Of a stretch of DNA of 34,834 bases, positions 25,065 to 33,777 are shown piece after piece; the first letter of the stretch is position 1, and each line of letters starts with the position of its first letter. Both the position numbers and the translations under genes were made by a program. The notes beneath the pieces were generated by a model, which saw only the letters and a list, made by a program, of their open reading frames with translations, searched no databases and was not told where the DNA came from. This DNA is from a virus (Duplodnaviria; Caudoviricetes): positions 1 through 34,834 of the IMG/VR virus record IMGVR_UViG_3300027679_000019. One strand, 5' to 3'.

Positions 25065-26664
25065 AGTCTTTTACCTCGGTGTATTTGCCGTTCTTGCGTG
25101 TCGCAATCCGGATGGGTGTTTGCAAATAGTCTTGGTCTTCCTGCAAAATTTCAATAGCATGGGCAACCGAATTGGGAAAACTTCTTAACTGGCTGCGATC
25201 CAACCACCAAACCACAGCTTTTTGGCTGGCATACCCAACGTGATCAAAACAAACCCATTCGCTGGCGCACTGCAATATGCCGCTGTAGTATTCAACCCTC
25301 ATAGAGTCAGGCTTGCCCTCTTTGCGGTGGATGGCGTATTTCACCCTAGTCACGTCATGCCAAACCAGCACGGTCTCGGCCTGCGCGGATAACAGCGCAG
25401 CTAGAGATACTTTGGCATCCACCGGCTTGGCCTCCTCCTCGCGGATTGTGGCGCCACAGGCAGTGCAAATAAGCGCCTTGGCAGCGTTGCGCTCGCCACA
25501 CTCAGGGCAGATGCTGTACGGTCCTTCGGTGTTGCCACCGGCCCGTTTAGCCCGTCCCTTAATGATGTCTACCGGCCCCAGGCGCTCGACCGTGTCGGTG
25601 AAGTCCAGCACCAAGCAATTCTCTTTGCCGTCAGCAATGCGGGTGCCGCGTCCCATGCCTTGGACGTACAGCACGGGCGACTTGGTTGGCCGGCACCAAA
25701 TAATGCAATCAACGTCTGGCACGTCAAACCCAACCGACAGCGCCAGCACGGTAACCAAGCAATGAATTTGGCCAGACCGAAAGTCTTGGATCAAGTCTTG
25801 GCGCTCTTGCTTGGGGGTTTCCCCGCATACGACAGCTGCGGTAATGCCAAGGCCGTTAAGGTTGTCAGCCAAGCATTCAGCGTTGGCCACACTTGGTGTG
25901 AAGGCAATCCATTTGCGTCGCTGTGAGGCCATATAGACGGCTTCTTTGGCCACGTTCTCAAGGTAGCCGGCGACCACCGCGGATAGCTCGCCAACCTTAT
26001 AGTCACCGTTAGCAATGCCGACCTGGCTGGCATCAATGCGAGTGGTCATCTTCTCGGTGGGCGGCACCAATGGCGCAATAAACTTTTGCTGCAGCAGCTC
26101 GCCCATGGTCACCTTGCTGGCCGTGCCGGTGAACAATGGATTGTCACCGTCGGTCAACCAAACCTGATTGCCCCTAAATGGCGTAGCAGTCATGCCAACC
26201 GTGCGAAAGTCGCACAGTTCACCCAATTTGGCCAAGAACGTGCGGTACATCCCTTGTGCCTTAGTGTCTACCAAGTGAGCCTCATCAATGATCACGGCCT
26301 TGATGTCACCCAACAGGTGGGCGCTTTTGTGGATGCTGCCAATGGTGGCCACAATCACGTCAGCTTGGTGTTGCTTCTTTCCTAAGCTGGCGCTGACAAA
26401 CCCAACGTGGATGTCGTCCGGCAGCAGCGCCTGCAGCTTGGCCGCATTCTGCTCGGCCAGCTCTTTGCTGGGCACCAACACCACCGTGCGGGGGTGGTAG
26501 TCTGGCCACTGTGCCCACATTTGTCGCACGATCTCGGCGCAGATCACCGACTTGCCTGCTGCGGTCGGCAGCACCAGCAACGGGATGTCGCTAGCGTCTT
26601 GGTGCTTGGTCCACCAATTGAATAGATCGGTGACCGTGCGAGACTGATAGTCGCGCAAGATCAT
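25051..26664 (-). CDS. Superfamily 2 DEAH helicase with C-terminal zinc ribbon (RadD/YejH-like)
   Basis: PTAAGKS, DEAH, TAT, GFDVPD, QGMGRGTR, CPEC..CTAC. Confidence 0.93.
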   Translation of the reverse strand: MILRDYQSRTVTDLFNWWTKHQDASDIPLLVLPTAAGKSVICAEIVRQMWAQWPDYHPRTVVLVPSKELAEQNAAKLQALLPDDIHVGFVSASLGKKQHQADVIVATIGSIHKSAHLLGDIKAVIIDEAHLVDTKAQGMYRTFLAKLGELCDFRTVGMTATPFRGNQVWLTDGDNPLFTGTASKVTMGELLQQKFIAPLVPPTEKMTTRIDASQVGIANGDYKVGELSAVVAGYLENVAKEAVYMASQRRKWIAFTPSVANAECLADNLNGLGITAAVVCGETPKQERQDLIQDFRSGQIHCLVTVLALSVGFDVPDVDCIIWCRPTKSPVLYVQGMGRGTRIADGKENCLVLDFTDTVERLGPVDIIKGRAKRAGGNTEGPYSICPECGERNAAKALICTACGATIREEEAKPVDAKVSLAALLSAQAETVLVWHDVTRVKYAIHRKEGKPDSMRVEYYSGILQCASEWVCFDHVGYASQKAVVWWLDRSQLRSFPNSVAHAIEILQEDQDYLQTPIRIATRKNGKYTEVKDYEFD

Positions 26665-27746
26665 ACGATTCTTCCATCATATTTAACGCGAATCTTCATC
26701 ACATCTTCATGCACCAGCACGGCCTTGTCTTTGGCTGCATGAATTTCGGTGCTGGCTAAGTGCTTGGGGTTTACCTTGGGGTCACCATTGGTAAATTGCT
26801 GGCCGTCATCCAGCTGGTACACCACGGCGTCACCGTCCACGTCCACCGGCTTTGCAAGCCTGGTCAACAGGATTGGGATGTACCGGTGGTTCTCGCAGCC
26901 CTTGCGCTGTTGGTCAACGGTCAGCTCGGTCTGGTGCGATGCACAAGACCAAACAGCTTTGCCGGTCAGCTCGGGCGTTACATGGGCGCAAGATCGGCAG
27001 GTGGGTGTCGGTAGCTTCTCGCCATGGCAAATGCTGTGGTAGTCGCAGAATTTGCACTCGTACCAGGTCGGATCAGTGCTGATCCCCACAGGCGGCTCGG
27101 CAGCGGTAATGATGGCCAATGCCTTGTCTACAATTTCCTGCGCTGCCTTGGCGTCATACTCTAGGCGCTCGGTGTAAATGTCGTCGTTATCTTTGTTGAC
27201 GACAATGTAAATTGCTCGGGTGCAACCATTTTTACCAAACTCAGCAATCGACCAGTGCATATATGATTGCATCTGCGCCCAGTGCTCGGGCTTGGCCTGC
27301 TTTACTCCGGATTTTTGCATTTCCCGAAAATACTTGTCGGATGCTGTTTTTATTTCCAGTATGTGCGGGGTGCTCGGTGCTTGGGGTAAGCCGGTCACAA
27401 TGCCGTCGGCGTTGCCTCGAAAATGGTAGCCGGTGCTTGGCTCGCTCCAGCCAAACTGCTGACCAGTGGCTGGGTTGGCGTCATACACCTTGCAGCCAAT
27501 GGCACGTAAATCAGCATAAACCCTTGGCTCTTGCAAATGGCCAGATTGAAACACTCGGTACAAGCGGCCAGAGAATTCAGCGGGTTTGGACCATCTAAAA
27601 GAATACCAATGCTGGCGCAAGCAAGGCTTGCCAATGGCGCTGGCGCCAAGGTAAGGGCGTTGTAGTTCGGCGCCATACTTTGCCTTGTAATGGGCAAAGA
27701 TGGCGTCGGCCACAGGGTCCACAACAGATGCGGGAACTGCGGCCAT
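26661..27746 (-). CDS. Cas4/AddB-like PD-(D/E)XK exonuclease
   Basis: GASAIGKPC.R, GNADG, LEIKT, QMQSY, CKFCDYHSIC (Fe-S-type cysteines), plus a second CRSC..C..C cluster. Confidence 0.85.
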   Translation of the reverse strand: MAAVPASVVDPVADAIFAHYKAKYGAELQRPYLGASAIGKPCLRQHWYSFRWSKPAEFSGRLYRVFQSGHLQEPRVYADLRAIGCKVYDANPATGQQFGWSEPSTGYHFRGNADGIVTGLPQAPSTPHILEIKTASDKYFREMQKSGVKQAKPEHWAQMQSYMHWSIAEFGKNGCTRAIYIVVNKDNDDIYTERLEYDAKAAQEIVDKALAIITAAEPPVGISTDPTWYECKFCDYHSICHGEKLPTPTCRSCAHVTPELTGKAVWSCASHQTELTVDQQRKGCENHRYIPILLTRLAKPVDVDGDAVVYQLDDGQQFTNGDPKVNPKHLASTEIHAAKDKAVLVHEDVMKIRVKYDGRIV

Positions 27747-27749
27747 GGT

Positions 27750-28226
27750 TTACTTCTTCGCCCAAGCGGGTGCCTTAGACACTGGTGCAGCAGCTGGTGC
27801 GTCGGCAGCGGCCACAAAAGCCACAGGGGTGCCACCGGCAGACTCATAGCCCTTAATGTTGTTGCTGGCCTGATACTGGCCTTGGGCTTCGCGCACCACC
27901 ACCTTGACCTTGACCGGCTTAAAGTGCAGAGCTGCAGTGTCTTCCAGCTTGATCACGTTGACAGCGTGGCACAAGGCTGAGAGCTGGCTCTGAGCAATGC
28001 GCTGGGTGTCTTCGTTGGTGTGCTGGATGTTGAGGTTCTCCCAAACTCGGCGGCCCTTGTACTGGCCGTCTAAGATTTCAAAAGTCATCTTCAAGCCTGT
28101 GCCGTTGCCAGACTTTAAGGGTCCAACGTCGGACTCGGTGCAGTGGGCAAGGTAAGTGCCTGCAGGGATCGGGCCGGTTACGGCCTGTGGTGCAACTGTT
28201 GATGCGTCAAAAGAAAAGTGTGCCAT
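27750..28226 (-). CDS. DUF669-like single-stranded DNA-binding protein
   Basis: PIPAGTY, LKMTFEILDGQYKGRRVW.NLN, N.IKGY and a PAWAK tail; adjacent to the Sak4-like ATPase. Confidence 0.8.
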   Translation of the reverse strand: MAHFSFDASTVAPQAVTGPIPAGTYLAHCTESDVGPLKSGNGTGLKMTFEILDGQYKGRRVWENLNIQHTNEDTQRIAQSQLSALCHAVNVIKLEDTAALHFKPVKVKVVVREAQGQYQASNNIKGYESAGGTPVAFVAAADAPAAAPVSKAPAWAKK

Positions 28227-28261
28227 TTTGTGTGTTTCCTAGTTAATGGTTGGACTGAAGA

Positions 28262-29005
28262 TCAGGACTGTGCCGCGGTAAGCGCAGCCTGGAATGTCGG
28301 CCAGTCAAGCGACATATTGGTAAGGCCAAAGCGGTTACCACCGCAATGAGCTGGATGGGGTTCAACGTGCAGGATGCGCTCGCCGGTAGTAGTGGCCTTG
28401 GTTTCCTTCTTGGAAAAGCCTGCGTCGGTCTTGCTAGTAAAGATGCGGTAGCCGGCATAGCCAATGATGTCAGCCCACTCTTGGATCAGTCCAGCGGCCT
28501 TATCGTGTAGCTTCAAGACGTGGGAGTCATAGCCCTCGGTCAGCGGGTCTTCAATGCGCTTGATCTTGTCGTGAGCAATCAAGATGATGCCCATGCCCTT
28601 GGCGGCTCGCAAGACTTCCAAGCCAGACAACAGGTTGCGCCATTCTTCGGCTGCAGCCACATAGCCCTTACCAAAGCCTGGCGCCTCAATGTTCTTCCAG
28701 CCATTGGCCTTGCAGACGTGCTCTTGCACCATAGGTTCGAGCCAATCGAGCGAGTCAATGAACAGGGTTTTAAAGTCATGCTCACTGCTAATCAGTGTCT
28801 CAATGGCTGCATAGACTTCGGTCAAGCCGGTGGCCAAGGGAAAAGCGTTGGCGTCAACAGCGTCGGCGCCATCTTCGGTCAAGATGCCAATGGCGTTGGG
28901 CGCCATGGCGGCAAAGGTGGTTTTACCAATCTTGCCTTGGCCAACAATCACAATTTTGGGGGCACGTACACGGCGGGTTTTGGAGATGGACTTTAAGTCA
29001 AACAT
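28262..29005 (-). CDS. AAA_24 / Sak4-like ATPase (recombinase)
   Basis: GQGKIGKTT Walker A, IDSLDWLE Walker B, GFGKGY, LIAH, EWADII. Confidence 0.88.
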   Translation of the reverse strand: MFDLKSISKTRRVRAPKIVIVGQGKIGKTTFAAMAPNAIGILTEDGADAVDANAFPLATGLTEVYAAIETLISSEHDFKTLFIDSLDWLEPMVQEHVCKANGWKNIEAPGFGKGYVAAAEEWRNLLSGLEVLRAAKGMGIILIAHDKIKRIEDPLTEGYDSHVLKLHDKAAGLIQEWADIIGYAGYRIFTSKTDAGFSKKETKATTTGERILHVEPHPAHCGGNRFGLTNMSLDWPTFQAALTAAQS

Positions 29006-29007
29006 TT

Positions 29008-29376
29008 TTAGTCTTTCAAAGTGATAGAAGGTTTTGCGGGTTTACTGGTAATGAATTCGGCGGCTGCTGAATAGGACACGGGGTCTAGGTCGGTTAAGGC
29101 TCGCAAGTTTTTGAGTTCGACCTCGGCTTTCCAACGAAAGGCTCGCTGGGCGTTGGCCGGCAAAGTCTCATAGGCTGCAGACAATTTGTCGCTGTCAACC
29201 GTGCGATTGAGTTTCCAGACAATGCTGAAGTCTTCGTCATTGTGGGTACCTTCACCAGATACAGGTTTTGAAAAGAGGGAAAGCATCTTTTCTTCAATGT
29301 CAAGGCGGTCGGCCTTGGCTTTTTCTTCGGCGGCTTTGGCAGCTCGCAAGGCGGTGGCTAGTTCAGAGATTGTCAT
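29008..29376 (-). CDS. Hypothetical protein of the recombination module
   Basis: Likely start at ATG 29376 (GAGGA SD) giving MTISELATALRAAK...; the track extends it to 29424. Confidence 0.75.
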   Translation of the reverse strand: MTISELATALRAAKAAEEKAKADRLDIEEKMLSLFSKPVSGEGTHNDEDFSIVWKLNRTVDSDKLSAAYETLPANAQRAFRWKAEVELKNLRALTDLDPVSYSAAAEFITSKPAKPSITLKD

Positions 29377-29641
29377 TTTGTTCCTCTTTGGTGTATTCAA
29401 GGGCGGTGGCTTCAAGGTCATCAACCAGGTACTGCAACAGTAAATGGGCGATGTCTACTTCACCAACGTAGGCGCTGGCGAGGGTGCATTCTGCAACTAG
29501 GTCAGGCTCATAGAGCAAGCCCATAGAGTCTTTAGATCCTGACTCGGCAGGGGTGTAGTCAAAGTGGCAGACTAAGTCAACACCTTCGCATTCAATGTTG
29601 ATCTCAAGCATTCCATCTGGACAAACGGGCGCCATGTTCAT
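29363..29641 (-). CDS. Acidic hypothetical protein
   Basis: ATG at 29641 overlaps the upstream stop (ATGA); Asp/Glu-rich. Confidence 0.65.
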   Translation of the reverse strand: MNMAPVCPDGMLEINIECEGVDLVCHFDYTPAESGSKDSMGLLYEPDLVAECTLASAYVGEVDIAHLLLQYLVDDLEATALEYTKEEQNDNL

Positions 29642-29871
29642 GGTTGTGTGCTCCAAGCGGCCACCAGTGCGGCGGCGTTATAAGGGATGGGGGTAACGGT
29701 GGACAAGTACAGGCCCTTACCGCGTTGTTTACGGCCCCAACCGTCTGTTGCCTTAATGTTGCACAGCTCACGGCGCCTGACGGCGTTGTAGACGTTGTGG
29801 TGGGTAAAGCCAGCGTCAACCAGTTCTTGCATGGTGCGTGGCTCTTGGCAAAAGTCTTGCAGGTCGGTCAT
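29638..29871 (-). CDS. Hypothetical protein (possible winged-helix-like)
   Basis: ATG at 29871 coupled to the upstream stop; 77 aa. Confidence 0.6.
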   Translation of the reverse strand: MTDLQDFCQEPRTMQELVDAGFTHHNVYNAVRRRELCNIKATDGWGRKQRGKGLYLSTVTPIPYNAAALVAAWSTQP

Positions 29872-29954
29872 GTTGACCACCAAGCAACAAGGAGAGTGGC
29901 CAAACCAACGCCAATGGCGGTGGCTGCAAGGATGTCAAGGATTTTTTCTTTCAT
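29868..29954 (-). CDS. 28-aa single-TM peptide, not in the ORF track
   Basis: MKEKILDILAATAIGVGLATLLVAWWST; its TGA overlaps the next ATG. Confidence 0.55.
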   Translation of the reverse strand: MKEKILDILAATAIGVGLATLLVAWWST

Positions 29955-29973
29955 AATGTGCTTTCAAGTTAAG

Positions 29974-29987
29974 GGGGCCGTGGCCCC
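29974..29987 (-). terminator. GC-rich hairpin after the first early gene
   Basis: GGGGC-cacg-GCCCC on the minus strand; only a weak U tract follows. Confidence 0.45.
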
Positions 29988-29998
29988 GTGGGTTTTGG

Positions 29999-30385
29999 TT
30001 AAGCTTCGGCTTTTTCGGCAAATAAGCGTTTGGCTTCGGTGCCTTGATCAATATAGGCGTCAGAGCCATAAGCTGGATCAACTTCAAACCAGCATGATGT
30101 TGTCAAAGCTTTGCCTAATGACAAAGCGACATTGACTCTAGCAGCTAACTCTTCAACAGTAGCTACGACATCTTGACGAATATCGGCAAAATTAGTTTCG
30201 CCAGTTTCTTCGCACTGAACAACTTCTACACCAGCAAAAGATTTTCTATGGCGAAAGCGGCGACCAGCTGCATTCTCAATTAAGACATAATATTTTTCAG
30301 CAATAAATGGGTGACCGTCACAAGCAGTGCCAGCTTGGTACAAATCAGATACTACGTATGCTTTAAAAGTTGTTGCGTTTGTCAT
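29999..30385 (-). CDS. First early leftward gene, hypothetical
   Basis: AAAGGAAA SD before ATG 30385 (MTNATTFKAY...); the longer track start at 30466 runs into the promoter. Confidence 0.75.
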   Translation of the reverse strand: MTNATTFKAYVVSDLYQAGTACDGHPFIAEKYYVLIENAAGRRFRHRKSFAGVEVVQCEETGETNFADIRQDVVATVEELAARVNVALSLGKALTTSCWFEVDPAYGSDAYIDQGTEAKRLFAEKAEA

Positions 30386-30454
30386 TTTGTTTCCTTTGTG
30401 TTGTTGGCCGTTTGGCGTGATGTGCAGAGAACCTATTTCCCCTGCCCATGACCA

Positions 30455-30559
30455 GAATTCTAGCAAAAAACTAGATGTTTCTAGCGGTTTGATAGATTAT
30501 TTTATAGGTGTTTTCCCTATACCCCTAGATTTATAGCGATCTGCTAGACTCAATGGCTT
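30455..30559. promoter_or_regulatory. Divergent promoter/operator region
   Basis: Extended -10 TGCTAGAAT on the minus strand (30457-30465) and TGCTAGACT on the plus strand (30542-30550); three CTAGC-N5-GCTAG-like sites; imperfect palindrome ATAGGTGTTTTCCCTAT (30504-30520). Confidence 0.7.
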
Positions 30560-30772
30560 ATGAGCACACAAATAACACCAGATGAGCGCCGACAACTGGC
30601 AGAAAAAGTTGGCATGAATGAGCAGTATCTTTACCAATGCTTGACCGGCAGGCGTGAAATGTCTGCTTGGGAGGCGGTACGGATAGAGCAGCAAACTGAG
30701 GGAAGAGTTAGCCGCAAGATGGTGTGCCAGGGCAGTTGGCAGTCGATATGGCCAGAGCTGGTGTCAGCTTGA
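30560..30772 (+). CDS. Cro/YdaS-like helix-turn-helix regulator
   Basis: RRQLAEKVGMNEQYLYQCLTGRR HTH; A..IEQ.TEG.VSR and IWPEL ending. Confidence 0.85.
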   Translation: MSTQITPDERRQLAEKVGMNEQYLYQCLTGRREMSAWEAVRIEQQTEGRVSRKMVCQGSWQSIWPELVSA

Positions 30773-31594
30773 ATGAGTTGGCTTTATTCGCAGGCGCTGG
30801 TGGTGGAGTACTTGGGGGACATCTCCTTGGATGGAGAACAGTGTGTGCAGTCGAATGGGAACCTTACGCAGCTTGCGTACTTGTCGCCAGACAAAATGAT
30901 GGAATTCTCCCGCCTTTCCCGATTTGGGATGACATTCAAACCTTTGATGGAGAGCCATGGCGAGGCATTGTTGACGTCGTTTCGGGCGGCTTTCCATGTA
31001 CTGACATCAGCATCGCAGGACGGGGAGCCGGACTTGATGGAGAGCACTCCTCCATGTGGTATCACATGGCGCGGGTGGTTAGCGAAGTTCGACCACGATT
31101 CGTATTCGTGGAAAACAGCCCAATGCTCATTCATCGAGGACTCGGACGAGTCCTTGGCGACCTTTCCTGCCTCGGGTATGACTCGCGGTGGACTGTTATG
31201 GGAGCTGTCGATGTTGGAGCACCGCATCAAAGGGACAGAACGTGGATTGTGGCGAACTCCAGACACGGGGGGGGGGGACATCTGGCCTGCTCAAGCAGGG
31301 CAAGAATCATCGAGAGAATGGTCAGCCCATCCAGATCAGATTGGTGGACCAAGTGAACAATCCAAGATTATGGCCAACTCCAGTGGCCAGAATGCACAAA
31401 GACGGTGGAAATCCCTCGGAGTACAAGAGGAACGAGATCCCCCTAGCGGCACAGGCTGGTGGGCCATTGAACCCAACGTGGGTAGAGTGGCTGATGGGGT
31501 GGCCGCAAGAGTGGACAGACTTAAAGCCATTGGCAATGGACAGGTTCCAGCAGTGGCAGCAACAGCATGGAAATTACTAAGTGAAAGAATTTAA
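30769..31594 (+). CDS. C5 cytosine DNA methyltransferase, catalytic (alpha) polypeptide, frameshifted at the G11 tract
   Basis: TTG start at 30769. Motifs I (LFAGAGG), IV (GGFPC), VI (ENSP) and VIII (HQRDR) are in frame 1; motif X (RLKAIGNGQVP) is in frame 2. Removing one G at 31267-31277 gives a 274-aa ORF; as assembled it stops at 31356. Confidence 0.85.
30773..31580 (+). CDS. Overlapping-frame (beta) polypeptide of the methyltransferase (TRD plus motif IX-like), frameshifted at the same G tract
   Basis: Frame 2 is open from ATG 30773 to WRTPDTGGG. Frame 3 continues with LWPTP and LNPTWVEWLMGWP (motif IX-like). G10 joins them into 268 aa. Confidence 0.7.
31267..31277 (+). repeat. Poly-G homopolymer (G11)
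   Basis: agacac-GGGGGGGGGGG-acatc; the longest homopolymer I noticed in the window. Confidence 0.9.
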
Positions 31595-33639
31595 TGACTA
31601 GCCTTACAACAATATTCCCAAACGGCTTTGCAGCTGCCACAGCATCGACTGACCTAGTAGATCCTGTTGAGAGCTTTCGCCGGCATTGTGAGGCTGCAGG
31701 CTTAACCATCAAAGACTTAATACCTGATGGCGAGATCCACAGGGTGCCTCACGTGTCGTCGAAGAAGGGTGCATTAGATGGTTGGTACATATTGCATACC
31801 ACCGGCAAGATCCCTGTGGGGGTCTGTGGCTGTTGGAAGGAGCCTACGTTTGAGGCCAAGTGGGTAGCAGACACTGGGCGGGGCATGAGCTTTAGCGAGA
31901 GGTTAGAGCATGACAAGTGGGTGGCTGAGTTCAAGGCCAAGCGAGAGGCTGAACGGTTGGCGTCGCAGGCATTGGCTGCAGACAGGGCAGAGGAGGAGGT
32001 TGGGACGTATACAGATGCCAGCGCAGATCATCCCTACCTTGTCAGGAAGCGCATTGAGCCTCATGGGATCAAGATTGACCGTGCGGGGCGGTTGGTGGTG
32101 CCGGTGATTGACCAGGCTGGCGAGATACTGAGCTACCAGACCATTGATGCTGATGGCAACAAAAGGTTCTTAAAGGGTGGCAAGATTGAGGGTGGCTTTT
32201 ATGAGCTGCGTGGCAATCGTAAGGTGATTTTTATTGGTGAGGGGTTTGCTACCTGCGCCAGTATCCATGAAGCTACGGGGTATACAACCCTTGTGGCGTT
32301 TGATTGTGGCAACTTGGCCAAGGTGGCCAAGGCGGCCAAGGAGATGTTCCCTGGCAGCCGGATCGTGATTGGCGCAGACAATGACCAGTTCACTGAGGGC
32401 AACCCTGGGGTGACGAAGGGTAAAGCTGCAGCCAGTTTAGTGTTTGGTGAGATCGTTTACCCCAATTTTGCGGAGTCTGACTTGCCCAACAAACCAACAG
32501 ACTTTAACGACCTGCACGTGCTCCAAGGCTTGGATGCGGTAAAAGAGCAGATTGAGCGCGTAGCAGGTCCAGTCAAGGACAAGCTGGCATTTGAGTTCAC
32601 TAGAGCAGACAATCTACAGCTGACCCAAATACATTGGGTGGTGGATGATTACATTGAGAGCGACTCATTGGCGCAGGTCTTTGGTGACCCAGGCGGGGGT
32701 AAGAGTTTTGTGAGCATCGACATAGCCTGCTGCATAGCCACTGGCAAACCATGGCACGGGCACCAAGTACAGCAGGGGGCGGTGTTTTACATAGCCGGCG
32801 AAGGCCATAACGGCCTTGCCAGAAGGTTCAAGGCGTGGGAGCTGGGTAATGCCACTAGCCTACAAGGCGCACCACTGTACAAGAGCCACAGGGCTGCACA
32901 GCTGTACGACAGCACCGAGGCGGCCATTGTGGCTGAGTCAGTCAAGCAGCTGTCAACTGAAGCAGGCTGCATACCATCTATGATCATTATCGACACCGTG
33001 GCCAGAAACATGGGCGGGGACGAGAACAGCACCCAAGACATGAATGCTTTCATCCAACACTTGGACACCTACCTGCGCCAGCCATGGAAGTGCTGCGTCT
33101 TGGTAGTACATCACTCAGGTGCCATGGACAAAGAGCGTAGCAGAGGCTCCACAGCCCTCAGAGGGGCGCTAGATGCCGAGTACAAGGTAGCGTTGGACTC
33201 AGGCACCAAAACCATCCAGTTTGAGTCCAAGAAGATGAAAGATGCCGAGATGCCAGCGGCAAAGAATTTTCAGATTACCCAAGTCGATCTACCCATATTG
33301 GACAAGCACAATCTACCAGTCAAAGGTGCCTACCTTGTCGGTGTAGACATCAGCGGCTTAATCAACCAGGTGCAAAAGAAGACCTACCTCTCACCAAACC
33401 AAAAGATGGTCATGGAGTGCTTGGTGCTGATCGAGGTCAAACGCGAGCAAGATCAACTCAGCCATCCAGTGCAATACGATGAGTGGCGAGAGAGCGCCAA
33501 AGAGCATGGGGTGAAGAACAATAGATTTTGGGAAGTAGTAAAAAGTATGATTGCCAAGGGGATGGTGGTGGAGGCTGATGGGGGTTATCGGAGTCATCCA
33601 GACCATCCGAAAGCATCCGAAGTCATCCGAATCGGATGA
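31594..33639 (+). CDS. Primase-helicase (TOPRIM plus RepA/AAA_25 helicase)
   Basis: IGEGFATC and ADND TOPRIM motifs, TDFNDL, GDPGGGKS Walker A, IIDT Walker B, VHHSG, RGSTAL. Confidence 0.92.
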   Translation: MTSLTTIFPNGFAAATASTDLVDPVESFRRHCEAAGLTIKDLIPDGEIHRVPHVSSKKGALDGWYILHTTGKIPVGVCGCWKEPTFEAKWVADTGRGMSFSERLEHDKWVAEFKAKREAERLASQALAADRAEEEVGTYTDASADHPYLVRKRIEPHGIKIDRAGRLVVPVIDQAGEILSYQTIDADGNKRFLKGGKIEGGFYELRGNRKVIFIGEGFATCASIHEATGYTTLVAFDCGNLAKVAKAAKEMFPGSRIVIGADNDQFTEGNPGVTKGKAAASLVFGEIVYPNFAESDLPNKPTDFNDLHVLQGLDAVKEQIERVAGPVKDKLAFEFTRADNLQLTQIHWVVDDYIESDSLAQVFGDPGGGKSFVSIDIACCIATGKPWHGHQVQQGAVFYIAGEGHNGLARRFKAWELGNATSLQGAPLYKSHRAAQLYDSTEAAIVAESVKQLSTEAGCIPSMIIIDTVARNMGGDENSTQDMNAFIQHLDTYLRQPWKCCVLVVHHSGAMDKERSRGSTALRGALDAEYKVALDSGTKTIQFESKKMKDAEMPAAKNFQITQVDLPILDKHNLPVKGAYLVGVDISGLINQVQKKTYLSPNQKMVMECLVLIEVKREQDQLSHPVQYDEWRESAKEHGVKNNRFWEVVKSMIAKGMVVEADGGYRSHPDHPKASEVIRIG

Positions 33640-33777
33640 TGCAGGATGCATCCGAATTATCATCCGAATCATCCGAAACCATCCGAAGTCATCCGGATTC
33701 CCACCCCGCCAATCATCCGAATCCTTCCTCCTGTGTCTATAGACACAGGAAGGATCGGATGGCGGATGGGCAGGATG
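33595..33777. repeat. CATCCGA iteron array with inverted copies and a 22-bp perfect palindrome; putative replication origin
   Basis: Eight exact CATCCGA (33604, 33614, 33624, 33649, 33661, 33670, 33680, 33714), inverted TCGGATG (33632, 33755) and palindrome TCCTGTGTCTATAGACACAGGA (33729-33750). Confidence 0.8.

Noticed and set aside
26661-27746. Cas4-like gene as part of a CRISPR-Cas system
   Set aside because: No array or other cas genes. Its context (Sak4-like ATPase, DUF669, helicase) is a standard phage recombination module.
29638-29954. Similar C-termini LVAAWST and LVAWWST in two adjacent small ORFs
   Set aside because: Too short, with weak nucleotide similarity; could be chance.
33595-33777. 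CATCCGA repeats as a mini-CRISPR array
   Set aside because: Units are 7 bp with mostly 2-5 bp spacers, far too short; they fit iterons.
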